DNA of 64,000 bases from Blastocladiella emersonii ATCC 22665 (Eukaryota; Fungi; Blastocladiomycota): contig JANHCV010000016.1 in the NCBI GenBank assembly GCA_025594325.1, forward strand, positions 1 to 64,000, read 5' to 3'. The first letter of the stretch is position 1, and every line of letters begins with the position of its first letter. Positions 47,486 to 57,873 of this stretch are shown one piece after another. Under the pieces are notes generated by a model. It made no database searches. It had not been told where the DNA came from and saw only the letters and a list, made by a program, of their open reading frames with translations. Made by a program: the position numbers and the translations under genes.

Positions 47486-49243
47486 ATGAATCTTGACATC
47501 TTAGCACACGTCCCTCCGCGGATCACCTCGCTCGTCGCGCGCCTCGGCGGCGTCCGCGTACTCGCGACCGCCGTCCTGGTCGCGCTTGCCTCCAAGCGCA
47601 TGTGGTCGATCTACACGCGCGTGGTGCGCGTACCGCGCGGGCTCGAGCACCTGCCGCGCGTCGCGCTGCGGCCGACGCTCAAGTTCCTGACGTCGGGCGA
47701 GGGCGCGCTCGCGTGGACGCCAAAGTACATGCGGCTGCTGCGCGAGGACGCGCTGCGCCGCGGCGCGATCAAGAGTATCGAGGAGACGCCGCGCGTTTGG
47801 CTGTTCTGGGAGTACGGATGGCCGCGAGTTGCTTTGGAGCGTATTGGCGACTGACGAGAAAAGTGTGAGTGTAGGGCTGGTCGCTGGAACCTCGTCCTCG
47901 CGAACCCCGACGACGCCAAGCTCACGTTCGCCGACCGCCAGCTGTACGACAAGATCAGTCCCGAGGCCAACCCGGTTGCGGCGTCGCGCGAGCTGCCCGG
48001 CCAGCCGCTGTTCCTCGTCACGGTACGCCTGTCTCAGACCCGGGTGCGCACACCTCGTATCTCACACACCTTGCGCGCACGCTAGTACCACGACTGGAAA
48101 CGCCAGCGCAAGGTTGTGAACCCGGCGTTCCGCCGCGGTTGGTCGACGACACTGTTCGAGGCGCCGACTCGCGCGCTGCTCGCGCAGCTCGACAAGCTTG
48201 AAGCCGCGGGCAAGCCCGTTGTCGTCGACGACTGGATGCAGCGCGTGACTCTGGACGCGCTGACGCAGGTCGCGCTCGGGACCTCGTTCCGTACGATCGA
48301 GGACCCGTCGGGCCGCATGCTGTCCATCTACCACCGCGTCATCGCGGGCGTCATGTCGCCCAAGTTCGTGATCCTCGCGCCCGTCGCGCGGATGTTTGCC
48401 GGGTTCCGCGACTACGCGCGCGCCGTCAAGGAGATGAACGCGTATTTGCTCGAGGTGATCGACGCCAAGGTCACGGAAATGCAGCGCAAGAAGGTGCTCG
48501 CCAGCGCCGAATCCGTGAGCGATGATGATGGCCGCGACTCGCGCGACCTGCTCGAGCTCATGATCGAGGCGAGCGAGGACGGGACCTTCACGCGCGAGGA
48601 GCTGCGGAGCAACCTGTTCACCTTCATTCTCGCGGGCCACGACACCACGTCGACGGCGCTGACGTTCGCCATCTACCTGCTCGGCATGCACCCGGAGATC
48701 CAGGCGCGCGCGCGGGCCGAGGTCCTGTCGGTGCTCCCGTCGCCCAACGCATGCCCGACGACCGAGGCGCAGGCCAAGCTCGTGTACCTGACGCGCGTGA
48801 TTAAGGAGACGATGCGACTGTACCCGAGCGTGGCCGTGAGCACGGCGCGGATCACGACCGCGCCCGCGGTGCTGTCGGACGGCCTCGCGGTGCCCAAGGG
48901 CACGCCCGTCCTGCTGCACACGCGCGCGATGCAGACGGCGCGCGAGTATTGGGGCGATACGGCTGACGTGTTCGACCCGGACCGCTGGGCTGACTACAAC
49001 CTCGCGATGACGGCCAGCGCTAACGGGAACAAGTGGGCGCCGTTCGGCGGCGGCCAGCGCGCGTGTATCGGCGCCGGGTTCTCGATCGTCGAGCAGCGCG
49101 TCGTGCTCGCCATGATGCTCGCGCGGTACGAGTGGCGCGTCGTTAGGGACGCGGAGGCCGTGGCGGGCCGCCCTCAGTCGACGGCCAGCTTTCGGTTCCT
49201 GCACGCGGTTGGGATCGAGATCGAGCTCAAGCATCGCCAGTAA
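47486..49243 (+). CDS. Cytochrome P450 (CYP-D), 3 exons
   Basis: FILAGHDTTST (no intron here), ETMR, PDRW, PFGGGQRACIG. Confidence 0.92.
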
Positions 49244-49294
49244 GCAGAGCAAGCGTTTTGATGTATTATTACACGGGTATCCCTCCTCTGTGCT

Positions 49295-51227
49295 TCAATA
49301 AGTGTCAACGGCCACACGGACGCGCGCCAGCACGCGCCCCGACTCGGTCTCAACGATGCCCGGGAACACTGTTCCAAGGTACTTTGGGTTCCTCGCCTCG
49401 CCGCTCGCCGTGACCACGCTCGGCGTGGGCGGGACCGAGTCGTCGCCATCGTACACGACCACAAGATTGTCGACGGTGAGCCACATTGACCGTGGGTCCG
49501 TGACGCGTGCGATCGGGCCCGAGTCTCCCGCGCAGTAGTCGGCGTCGGGCACCGCCGTGACGAGCGCCGCCGTTGGGAACAGATACTTGACGTGGATCAA
49601 CACGAGCGCCGCCCACGCCGCGAGGCCCGGGCTGACGACCGCAGACTCGCCCGTACCAGCGAGCAGGTGCGCGACGCGCCGCAGAACGGGGTGAGCCAGC
49701 ACCCCCGCGTCAATCTCGGCCTCCCACTGCGCCTCGGCCGCGGGCGACCGCGGGCTTGGCGGCCTTTCCTCGGTGAGCGGGTCGAGCGAGAGGTCCGCTG
49801 TGGCCGCGACCAGCGCCGCCCACGCTCCGCCACCACCGCCCGCTGACGCGCCCGTGCCCAGCACGAGCGACGTGAGCGTGCGGCTCGCGCGCGCGACCAG
49901 CTCGTTGCACGCCGCGTACATGGCGCGCGCCTGGCGCCGGCGGCGCTGCTCGTCCGACAGTCCCGGCAGCTCGACGGCGGACCGGGCGAGGTGCACGGCG
50001 CACGCGCGCTCGAGCCGTGCGAACACGCGGTCCCATGCAAACTCGAGCTCGCCGCGCGTCGGCAGCGTGCCCGCGGCGCATGAGGCGGGCGATGGCGGGA
50101 GGTAGCCGCGTGGACCGCTGCCGCTGCTGGACTCGGCGACGATGGGGACGAGCGTGAGGCCGGGCGGGAGCGCGATGCGGCTGAGCGTCGATGTGGCGAA
50201 CGACGCGGCGAGCGATTTCGTGGACCGGTTGTCCTGCTTGCGGCGGCGGTTGAGCGACGCGAGAGCACCGGCGCCCGCGACGTGCTTGACCAGATCGAGC
50301 ATTGAAATGCGGTCCGGCGTGGCCGGGAGCGGGAGCGACGCGCGTGCCGTGGGCCGTGGGCGGGACGGTGCGTCGCTGCTCTCGTCGATGACCGTGTACG
50401 CCGCGTGGCGGGGTAAGCTGGCACCGAGCGACGAGATGGGCGAGGGCGACGGCGCACGCGATCCGATGATACTCGCGGGCGCCGACCTGCTCCCCATGGG
50501 CGCCGTGGGCTTGGGCTCGGCAGCAAGCACCGTGTACTGCGTGCTCCACGAGTCGCGCACGAACGGCGACATGTACGGCGTCGAGAACGAGTGCACGCTG
50601 GCGGGCGTGGGCGGCGGCAGGTTCTCGAACTTGATGGACGCGCGCCGGCTCACAAAGATGCTCGAGAAGCCCGATCGGCGCCGGGTGCGGCGCGCGAGGG
50701 CGCGGCGGCGGCCGATGATGAAGCCGACGACGAGGAAGGCCTAGACAGAGTGAAGAGTCGGGTGAGTCGGGGGTGGCTCAGCAGCCGCCGCCGTTCATGA
50801 AGCGCGCACGCACCAGCGACACGAGCACGGTGCCACCCACCACGGCGGCGAAAGCAACGGGGCTGAGGCCAATGATGCCGGGTGCGGAACCGCCAGTTGC
50901 CGAGGCATCGGTCACGGATCCATCGGGTGACGGTGATGGTGGTGCAGGCGAGGACGGTGACGAGGGGGTCGGAACCGGGGCGGCGCGGGAGACTGCAACG
51001 GAAGCGGACTCGGTCGCAGAAGCGACGCGAGAGGACGTCGAGATGGTGCTCGTTGCAGTTGGTGTTGGTGCCAATGTCCGAGCCTTGGGTATGGTTGTCG
51101 TCGGCGAGAAGGACGCGGTCCCGCCAACGGCATCCGTCGCGGCGGCGCGGTGCTGGGTGCCGGTTCGAGGGCTCGGGCGCTCGTTGTTGTTCTCGTGGAC
51201 GTCGACGTCGACAGCGAGATCGTCCAT
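49295..51227 (-). CDS. Single-pass membrane protein with Ser/Thr/Pro-rich N-terminal domain and long cytoplasmic domain; function unknown
   Basis: Intron 50813-50741 joins ..VAFAAVVGGTVLVSL|AFLVVGFIIGRRRALARR.. in frame, giving a TM helix with a basic stop-transfer segment, then the 49295..50653 ORF. Confidence 0.7.
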
Positions 51228-51803
51228 GATGTTGCGGATCAGAGAGTAGCGAGGCGGGGGATTGGAGGAGAGAAGGGATCAACGCTCGCGGTGTCAAGTC
51301 AAGCGGGGATGAGTTCATGCGCCCCGAAACAGGTAGGTCAACGACCTCACGAGGAGTTCATGAGCGAGCGCGTCCTGAGTCTCCGATGAGGCCCATGTAG
51401 GCCGATACAATCGCGACGAGCGCCCACCGCGCCGGGGCAGTGAGAGTTTCCATGACGATCTTGGTCGCTGGTCGCAGGAGCGGTGGTGACGGCACGCCGG
51501 AGGACGAGAGAGCGATCCATTGTTCGACCAGTCGCGGCGCGCCGCTGACCCACCTCCGCCTCCGCGCGCGCGTGCGCGACCGCGTCGGACCTCGGCAAAC
51601 AAGCTTACGTGCCCTCGACTTCATCCGAATTCGTATTCAGTGCATCGAGTCGCATCACGGTATAGTGAGTAGGCGTGGGGGTGTCGGGGAGCGCGGGTCG
51701 CGTTTCGCTTGGGCTGCGCCACTCACATGATGCCCGCATCATGGGTGCGATCAGGTCTTTTTGAGCCACGGTCGCCGCCGGGAGCTGCTTCTCTCCGCTC
51801 ACG

Positions 51804-51813
51804 TATAATAAAA
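51804..51813 (+). promoter_or_regulatory. TATA-like element upstream of the small SRA gene
   Basis: TATAATAAAA 18 nt before ATG 51831. Confidence 0.45.
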
Positions 51814-51830
51814 ATCGGACCGCATACACC

Positions 51831-52502
51831 ATGACCACCTTTTCGCCTCCTGTCCGCGCCTTCGGCGACATCCCTGACGTCCCCGTCGGCTCGCTCTTCG
51901 CCACGCGCGGCGAGGCTCACGTACGCGCTGCATCACCCAACCATCGTCGTGGGCGCGCACTCACACTCCGTCCCCTGGCGTCTCTAGAATTCCAAGGTTC
52001 ACCTGTACGCATCCCCATCTCTCGCGCTTCCCGCAGCTCGTCTCCCTCAAAACTGACGCGTCACGGAATCCAGCGGAATCGTGGGCGCGATCGTTGGCCA
52101 CAATGACCACGGCGTGTGGTCGATCATGAGCAACGCTGTACGCGGCCTCTTGCATCGATATGCACCACCGCTTCCGTTACTTGACCCCCGCCCGCCCGCC
52201 CGGACACACTCCTTGTCGTCGTGTAGGCCACGATCGACGACGGTGGCCGGCTCGTGGTGAGCGGCTTCCACAACCGCGTGGCGGCCTTCATCAAGTCGTA
52301 CGAGACGGGCCGGCCGATCCGTGTCGTGCGCGGCCCGAAGGCACGCTGCGACCACGCGCCGCTGGACGCGTACCGCTACGACGGGCTGTACCGGTGCACG
52401 GCGTGGGACGGCCAGCACCGGTTCACGCTCGAGCGCGAGCCGGGCCAGCCGCCGCTCTGGGCGCTGCCCGTGGCCATGTCCCAGGCGGCGTACGCTGCCT
52501 AG
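51831..52502 (+). CDS. Small stand-alone, divergent SRA/YDG domain protein, 4 exons
   Basis: FGDIPDVPVGSLF..EAH|NSKVHL|GIVGAIVGHNDHGVWSIMSNA|ATIDDG..FIKSYETGRPIRVVRGPK..YRYDGLY..FTLEREPGQPPL; same intron positions and 17-nt microexon as the 18100-20117 gene. Confidence 0.8.
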
Positions 52503-52801
52503 GCCCGCGCGGTACGGATTTGGCGCAGGGAATGAATGTATAAAATGACTAGTGATGAGCAGATAGGACACGACAGGGAGAATGAGAGGAAGAGAGCAAA
52601 GAACGAGCAAGGACAGATGAACAAGCGAAACGGAACAAAGCGGAGCAGAGAGGTACGAGAGAGAAGGGAGAGAGGGAAACCAAAACTTGAGCTCTGACAA
52701 GTCAGAGCGAAAGGGACGGGTGACACAAGCTCGCGTCGTCGCCGTCGCCGTCGTCCGCGCCGCGCGTCCGTAACGCGTGTGCACAGCGTGGCGCCGGCGA
52801 T

Positions 52802-53068
52802 CTAGTCGATGAGCTTGCGTCGTTCGGGCGACCGAACGCGCGCGTTGCTGCTGCTGCTGCCAGCAGCACCGTTGCGCGCGGCCTCGCTCGGCTTGCCGTC
52901 CGCCGCAAACACGACCTCGTCGAGATCGGCGTCGGCGTCGAACAGCGGGGTGCGCTCCTCGAGCCCGTTGCCGGCGCTGCCGCTGCCACTGGCGGAGCCG
53001 GAGACGGGGAGGATGGTGGGCTCGAGGCCCACGTTGGTCGGGTCATCAGTCGCGGTGGGGCCATATAG
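52802..53068 (-). other. Candidate stop-codon readthrough extension of EPT1 (88 aa)
   Basis: In frame directly after TGA in a TGA-CTA context, with coding-like codon use, ending at TAG 52804-52802. Confidence 0.5.
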
Positions 53069-54311
53069 TCATTCGCTTCGCTTCTTGATGGTGAGGCAGT
53101 TGATGTCGAGGAAGGCGCAGAACTTGTTGATGACGAGGATGGCCCAGTGGAAGTAGTTGTAGGTGGCGGCGATGAAGTAGGACCACAGGAACAGGGTCTC
53201 GAGGGTCGGCGTGAGGATCACGACGCTACATCAGGGTTCGAGTTAGCGCACGCGCGCGTGGTCAAGAAACAGAGTGAGCGTACCCGGTGATGGACGGCAG
53301 GGTGACGAGGATAGTGCCGATCGTGAGCGGGACGAGCATGTTGGTCGAGAACATGGGGAAGGGCATCTTGGTGACGTGGGCGAGGATGATCTTGGTCGCC
53401 ATGCGGCCGAACACGACGCCGTTGGCGAGGATGAAGAGAACGACGTGGTCCGAGAGGGCGATCGAGTGGGGCGACGCGAGCCACAGGTAGTTGCACAGGA
53501 GGAACAGCGCCATGGGGACCACCTGCAGCAGGGCCTCGCGGAACGAGCACTTGCGGCGCTCCGGGTCGCGACACACCTTGTACACGGCGCGCAGCGAGAA
53601 GGGCACGTGGAAGGTGAAGAGCAGGACCAGCATGCCGACCAGCGAGTAGTCGATGAGCGAGTACTCGGCGGGGAGGACCGCGGCAAAGCCGGGGAGCACG
53701 TCGGCGGCGCGCTGGTGCCAGAAGGCGGGGCCCATGACGCCCGAGATCATGGACATGACGCAGGCGATGATGAGGCCCTCGGTGGGTCCGTTGACGTAGC
53801 CGAGGTACAGGGTGCCGGTGTGGTACTCTTCCCAGGTCGAGAAGTAGAAGGCGACGGTGGTCATGAAGGCGACGGCGCCCGTGTACCACGTGTTGCCGAG
53901 GCCGAGCGAGGCGGCCTGGACGAGGGCGCCGACCGAGCAGTTGAGGGCGTCGCAGCCGTGGTCGAACAGCTCGCCGAGCGGCGACGAGGTGCCGGTGCGG
54001 CGGGCCTGCTTGCCGTCGACGTTGTCGAAAGTCGAGTAGAGCCAGATGCCGAGGGCGAAGCTGAAGTAGAGCCAGGCGGGGCCCGGGCCGGCCAGGTCGG
54101 GCATGAAGAGCAGGATGAAGAGCAGGTTGATCCACACGAAGCCGAAGCCGACCAGCGTGATCATGTTGGGCGCCATCCACATCGGGAACAGCGTCACGGC
54201 CCAGTTCCAGTACGGCTGCAGAATGTACTTGCTGACGGGCGACTTGTCGACGGCCGAGTACTTGTACAGGCGCAGGTTCGCGAGCGCGCGCTCGCTGAGG
54301 TAGTCGGCCAT
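53069..54311 (-). CDS. EPT1: Choline/ethanolamine phosphotransferase (CDP-alcohol phosphatidyltransferase), 2 exons
   Basis: YKYSAVDKSP, APNMITL and the DG(x2)AR(x8)G(x3)D(x3)D motif DNVDGKQARRTGTSSPLGELFDHGCD; C-terminus ..FCAFLDINCLTIKKRSE. Confidence 0.92.
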
Positions 54312-54609
54312 GGCGGGCGGCGGTGGGGTGTCGATGCGTAGCAGGGTGCGAGCTGGCTCGGCCGCCGGTGCTGCGTGCGTGCGTGCGTGCGTGCGTACGG
54401 GGAGGGCACGCCGTGGTGTAGTCGACCCGCAACAGGAGAGAGGGAGGGAGGGGGAGAGGGGACGGGCGGCGGCGCGGCGGCGCAGGCAGGGGACGGATTC
54501 CCGGGCGGAACCGCGCGTGGGCGACCCGGCGGACCCGCGCTGTGTTGCGCTGGCATTTGTCTCGAGCCCGAGAGTGGGGCCAGTTGCATCACCCCGCACA
54601 CCTGCGACC

Positions 54610-57500
54610 ATGACCGAGGCCGACGTCGTACGCCGTGTCTCACTCGCTGCAACGGATTGCCCAGGATGCTGACGACGTGCCCGTGCTCGTGTGTGTAGCT
54701 GATTGAGCGCCAGAGGCAGCGCCGCGAGCGGCTCGCCGAGTGGAAGGCGACGCGCCTGCCGCTGCTCCGCCAGCAGCTCGCCAAGCGCTCCACCGCCGCC
54801 GCCGCCAACGGCTCCGATGAGTCCGCCAGCAAGCGCGCCCGCGGCGACGATGCCGCGCCCGAGGACCCGCGCGCAGCCGCTGCTGCTGCCGCTGCAGCCG
54901 CCATTGCCGCGGCCACGGCTTCGCGCCCCGGCGCCCCGCTCGCTGCACCTGCAACCGCGCACGTCGATGCCATGGACGTGGACGGCGATGGCGCCGCTGC
55001 TGCGCCCGAGGAGGATGCGCTCGACCAGTTCATGGCCGACGTGACGACGCAGGTCGAGCAGATCAAGGCGCTCGACGCGCAGCGGCTGCAGGAGCAGGCC
55101 GCCGCCGATGCAGCCGCGTCCGAGACCGGTGGCGGCGACGGCACCGCGTCCGCCGACGGCGCCAAGTCGACCGCCTCAACCGCGGCGGCGCGCCGGCTTG
55201 ACGCATGCGACGACGACGGCGACGGCGGCGACGCGCCCGAGGACATTCTCGCGTACGCGGCCAAGAAGCTGAGCAAGAAAAAGGACATTGCGTCCGTCGA
55301 CCACGCCGCCATGAACTACGAGCCGTTCCGCAAGGCCTTCTACATCGAGCCGCCCGAGGTCGCCGCCATGTCGGCCGACGAGGTGGCGGCGCTGCGTGCC
55401 GAGCTCGATGGGATCAAGGTCGTCGGCAAGGACCCGCCCAAGCCGGGCGTGCGGTGGACGCACTGCGGGCTGCCGGCCGCGACGCTCGACGTGATCAAGA
55501 AGCAAGGCTTCGCTGCGCCGACGCCGATCCAGGCCCAGGCGATCCCCGCCATCATGTCGGGGCGCGACGTGATTGGCGTGGCCAAGACCGGGTCGGGCAA
55601 GACGCTCGCGTTCCTGCTGCCGCTGTTCCGCCACATCAAGGACCAGCGCGCGCTCGAGGCGGGCGAGGGCCCGATCGCGCTCATCATGACGCCGACGCGC
55701 GAGCTCGCCATGCAGATCCACAAGGAGGCAAGGCTGTTTGGGAAGCCCTCGGGCGTGCGGTCCGTGTGCTGCTACGGCGGGTCGCCCATCTCGGAGCAGA
55801 TCGCGGACCTGAAGCGCGGCGCCGAGATCATCGTGTGCACGCCCGGCCGCATGATCGACCTGCTCACGGCCAACTCGGGCCGCGTCACCAACCTGCACCG
55901 CATCACGTACCTGGTCCTCGACGAGGCCGACCGCATGTTCGACATGGGCTTCGAGCCGCAGGTCATGAAGATCGTCAACAACGTGCGCCCCGACCGCCAG
56001 ACGGTCCTCTTCTCGGCCACGTTCCCGCGCCAGATGGAGGCCCTCGCACGCAAGATTCTGCGCCGCCCGCTCGAGATCACGGTCGGCGGCAAGTCGGTCG
56101 TCACGTCGAGCGTCACGCAGCACGTCGAGGTGCTCGCCGACGACGCGGCCAAGTACCTGCGCCTGCTCGACATTCTCGGCAAGTGGTTCGACTCGGACGC
56201 GGACTCGCGCGTGCTCATCTTCGTCGACCGGCAGGAGGCCGCCGACCACCTCATGGGCGCGCTGTTCAAGCGCGGGTACGTGTGCAACGCGCTGCACGGC
56301 GGCAAGGACCAGATGGACCGCGACTCGACGGTCGCCGACTTCAAGGCGGGCATCTTCCCGGTCCTGATCGCGACCTCGGTCGCCGCGCGCGGGCTCGACG
56401 TCAAGGGGCTCAACCTCGTCATCAACTACGACTGCCCAAACCACAAGGAGGACTACGTGCACCGCGTCGGGCGCACGGGCCGCGCGGGGAACACGGGCAC
56501 CGCATTCACGTTCATCGTGCCCGACCAGGAGCGGTACTCGAACGACCTCGTCGACGCCCTCACCGCCTCGGGCACCCCCGTCCCCGAGCCTCTCGCGAAC
56601 ATGGCCACGGCGTTCCGCGACAAGATCAAGGCGGGCCACGCGCAGCGCGCCTCGTCCGGGTTCGGCGGCAAGGGCCTCGAGAAGCTCGACAAGGACCGCG
56701 GCCTGCTCAAGCAGGTGCAGAAGCTCGCGCACGGGATCGTCGACGAGGACGAGGGCGATGCCGACGACGCGGCCGCGGCCGGCGAGGATGGCGACGGTAC
56801 CGCCGCGGCAGGTGACGGTGACAAGGCCGGTGGGGCCCTCGCGGTGCCCGACCGCATCGGCGACATTGTTCTCCCGCCCACGGTGCGCGTCACGGCGGCG
56901 CCCGGCGAGACGCCCGCGTCCGCTGGTGCGTCGAGCTCGGTGCCGGCAGCGCCGATGCCCAAGCCGCGCACCGCGGCGGCGGCGCGCGCCCAGGATATCC
57001 TGGCCAAGCTCAACTCGAACCTGCGCGCGCAGGCGACGCCCGCCGACGACGCGGCATCGGTGGCGGCAGCCGCGGCGGCCGCGGCCGCTGCTGCAGCTGC
57101 TGCGGCAGCGGCTGCCGCCGCCGCGGGCGGGGCAGCGACGGGGACCAGTGCGGCGGCCGCAGCGGTGGCGGCGACGGGCGTGGCCAACTACACGTGCGAG
57201 TTCGAGATCAACGACTACCCGCAGCGCGCGCGGTGGAAGGTGACCAACAAGGACCAGATCAACCAGATTGTGGACATGTCGGGTGCCGCGATGACGACGC
57301 GCGGCGTGTTCGTCGAGCCCGGCAAGAAGCCGCCCGCGGGCGAGCGCAAGCTGTACCTGTTCATCGAGGGCGAGACGCAGCTCGCCGTCGACAAGGCCAA
57401 GCTCGAGATTGCGCGGATCCTGCGCGAGGCGACGATTGCCAGCGTCGAGATCGAGCTCAAGGCCGGGCACGGCGGGTCCGGGCGGTACTCGGTTGTGTGA
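54610..57500 (+). CDS. PRP5: Pre-mRNA splicing DEAD-box helicase Prp5/DDX46
   Basis: MTEADV|LIERQRQRRERLAEWK, AKTGSGKT, PTRELAMQI, DEAD, SAT, HRVGRTGRAG, C-terminal EINDYPQRARW. Confidence 0.93.
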
Positions 57501-57873
57501 TGGATGTGGGTCTGGTAAGGTTATCGACGGCGACGACGCTTTTGACTCGGTCCCTTGTTCCCGCTGAGGCGAGACGGCAGGGTGGCGCAGCACGGCAGGC
57601 GCGAGGCGTTTTGAGTGCGCCAGCGTGGCACGTGCGGATTGGCCGTCGCGCGTCTCAGTCTCCCCGCGCTCGCGGACGCGCCGCCCAGGGAAGGTCCGCG
57701 CGCCGCTGCCCGCCCCAGCGCCGCTTTCTCCCCTCCTTCTCTTTCCTCCGCGGTGGCGTCGTCGGTCCCTCCCCAAGGGCCCGCCCGCTTGTTACACCAC
57801 GGCCTCCCTCTCGCCCATGCATCTCTCCGCGCAGTGAACGCGTCGTCGCCGTATCAACTACACCACATAGACC

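Noticed and set aside
55176-57776. 866-aa minus-strand ORF
   Set aside because: Antisense shadow of PRP5.
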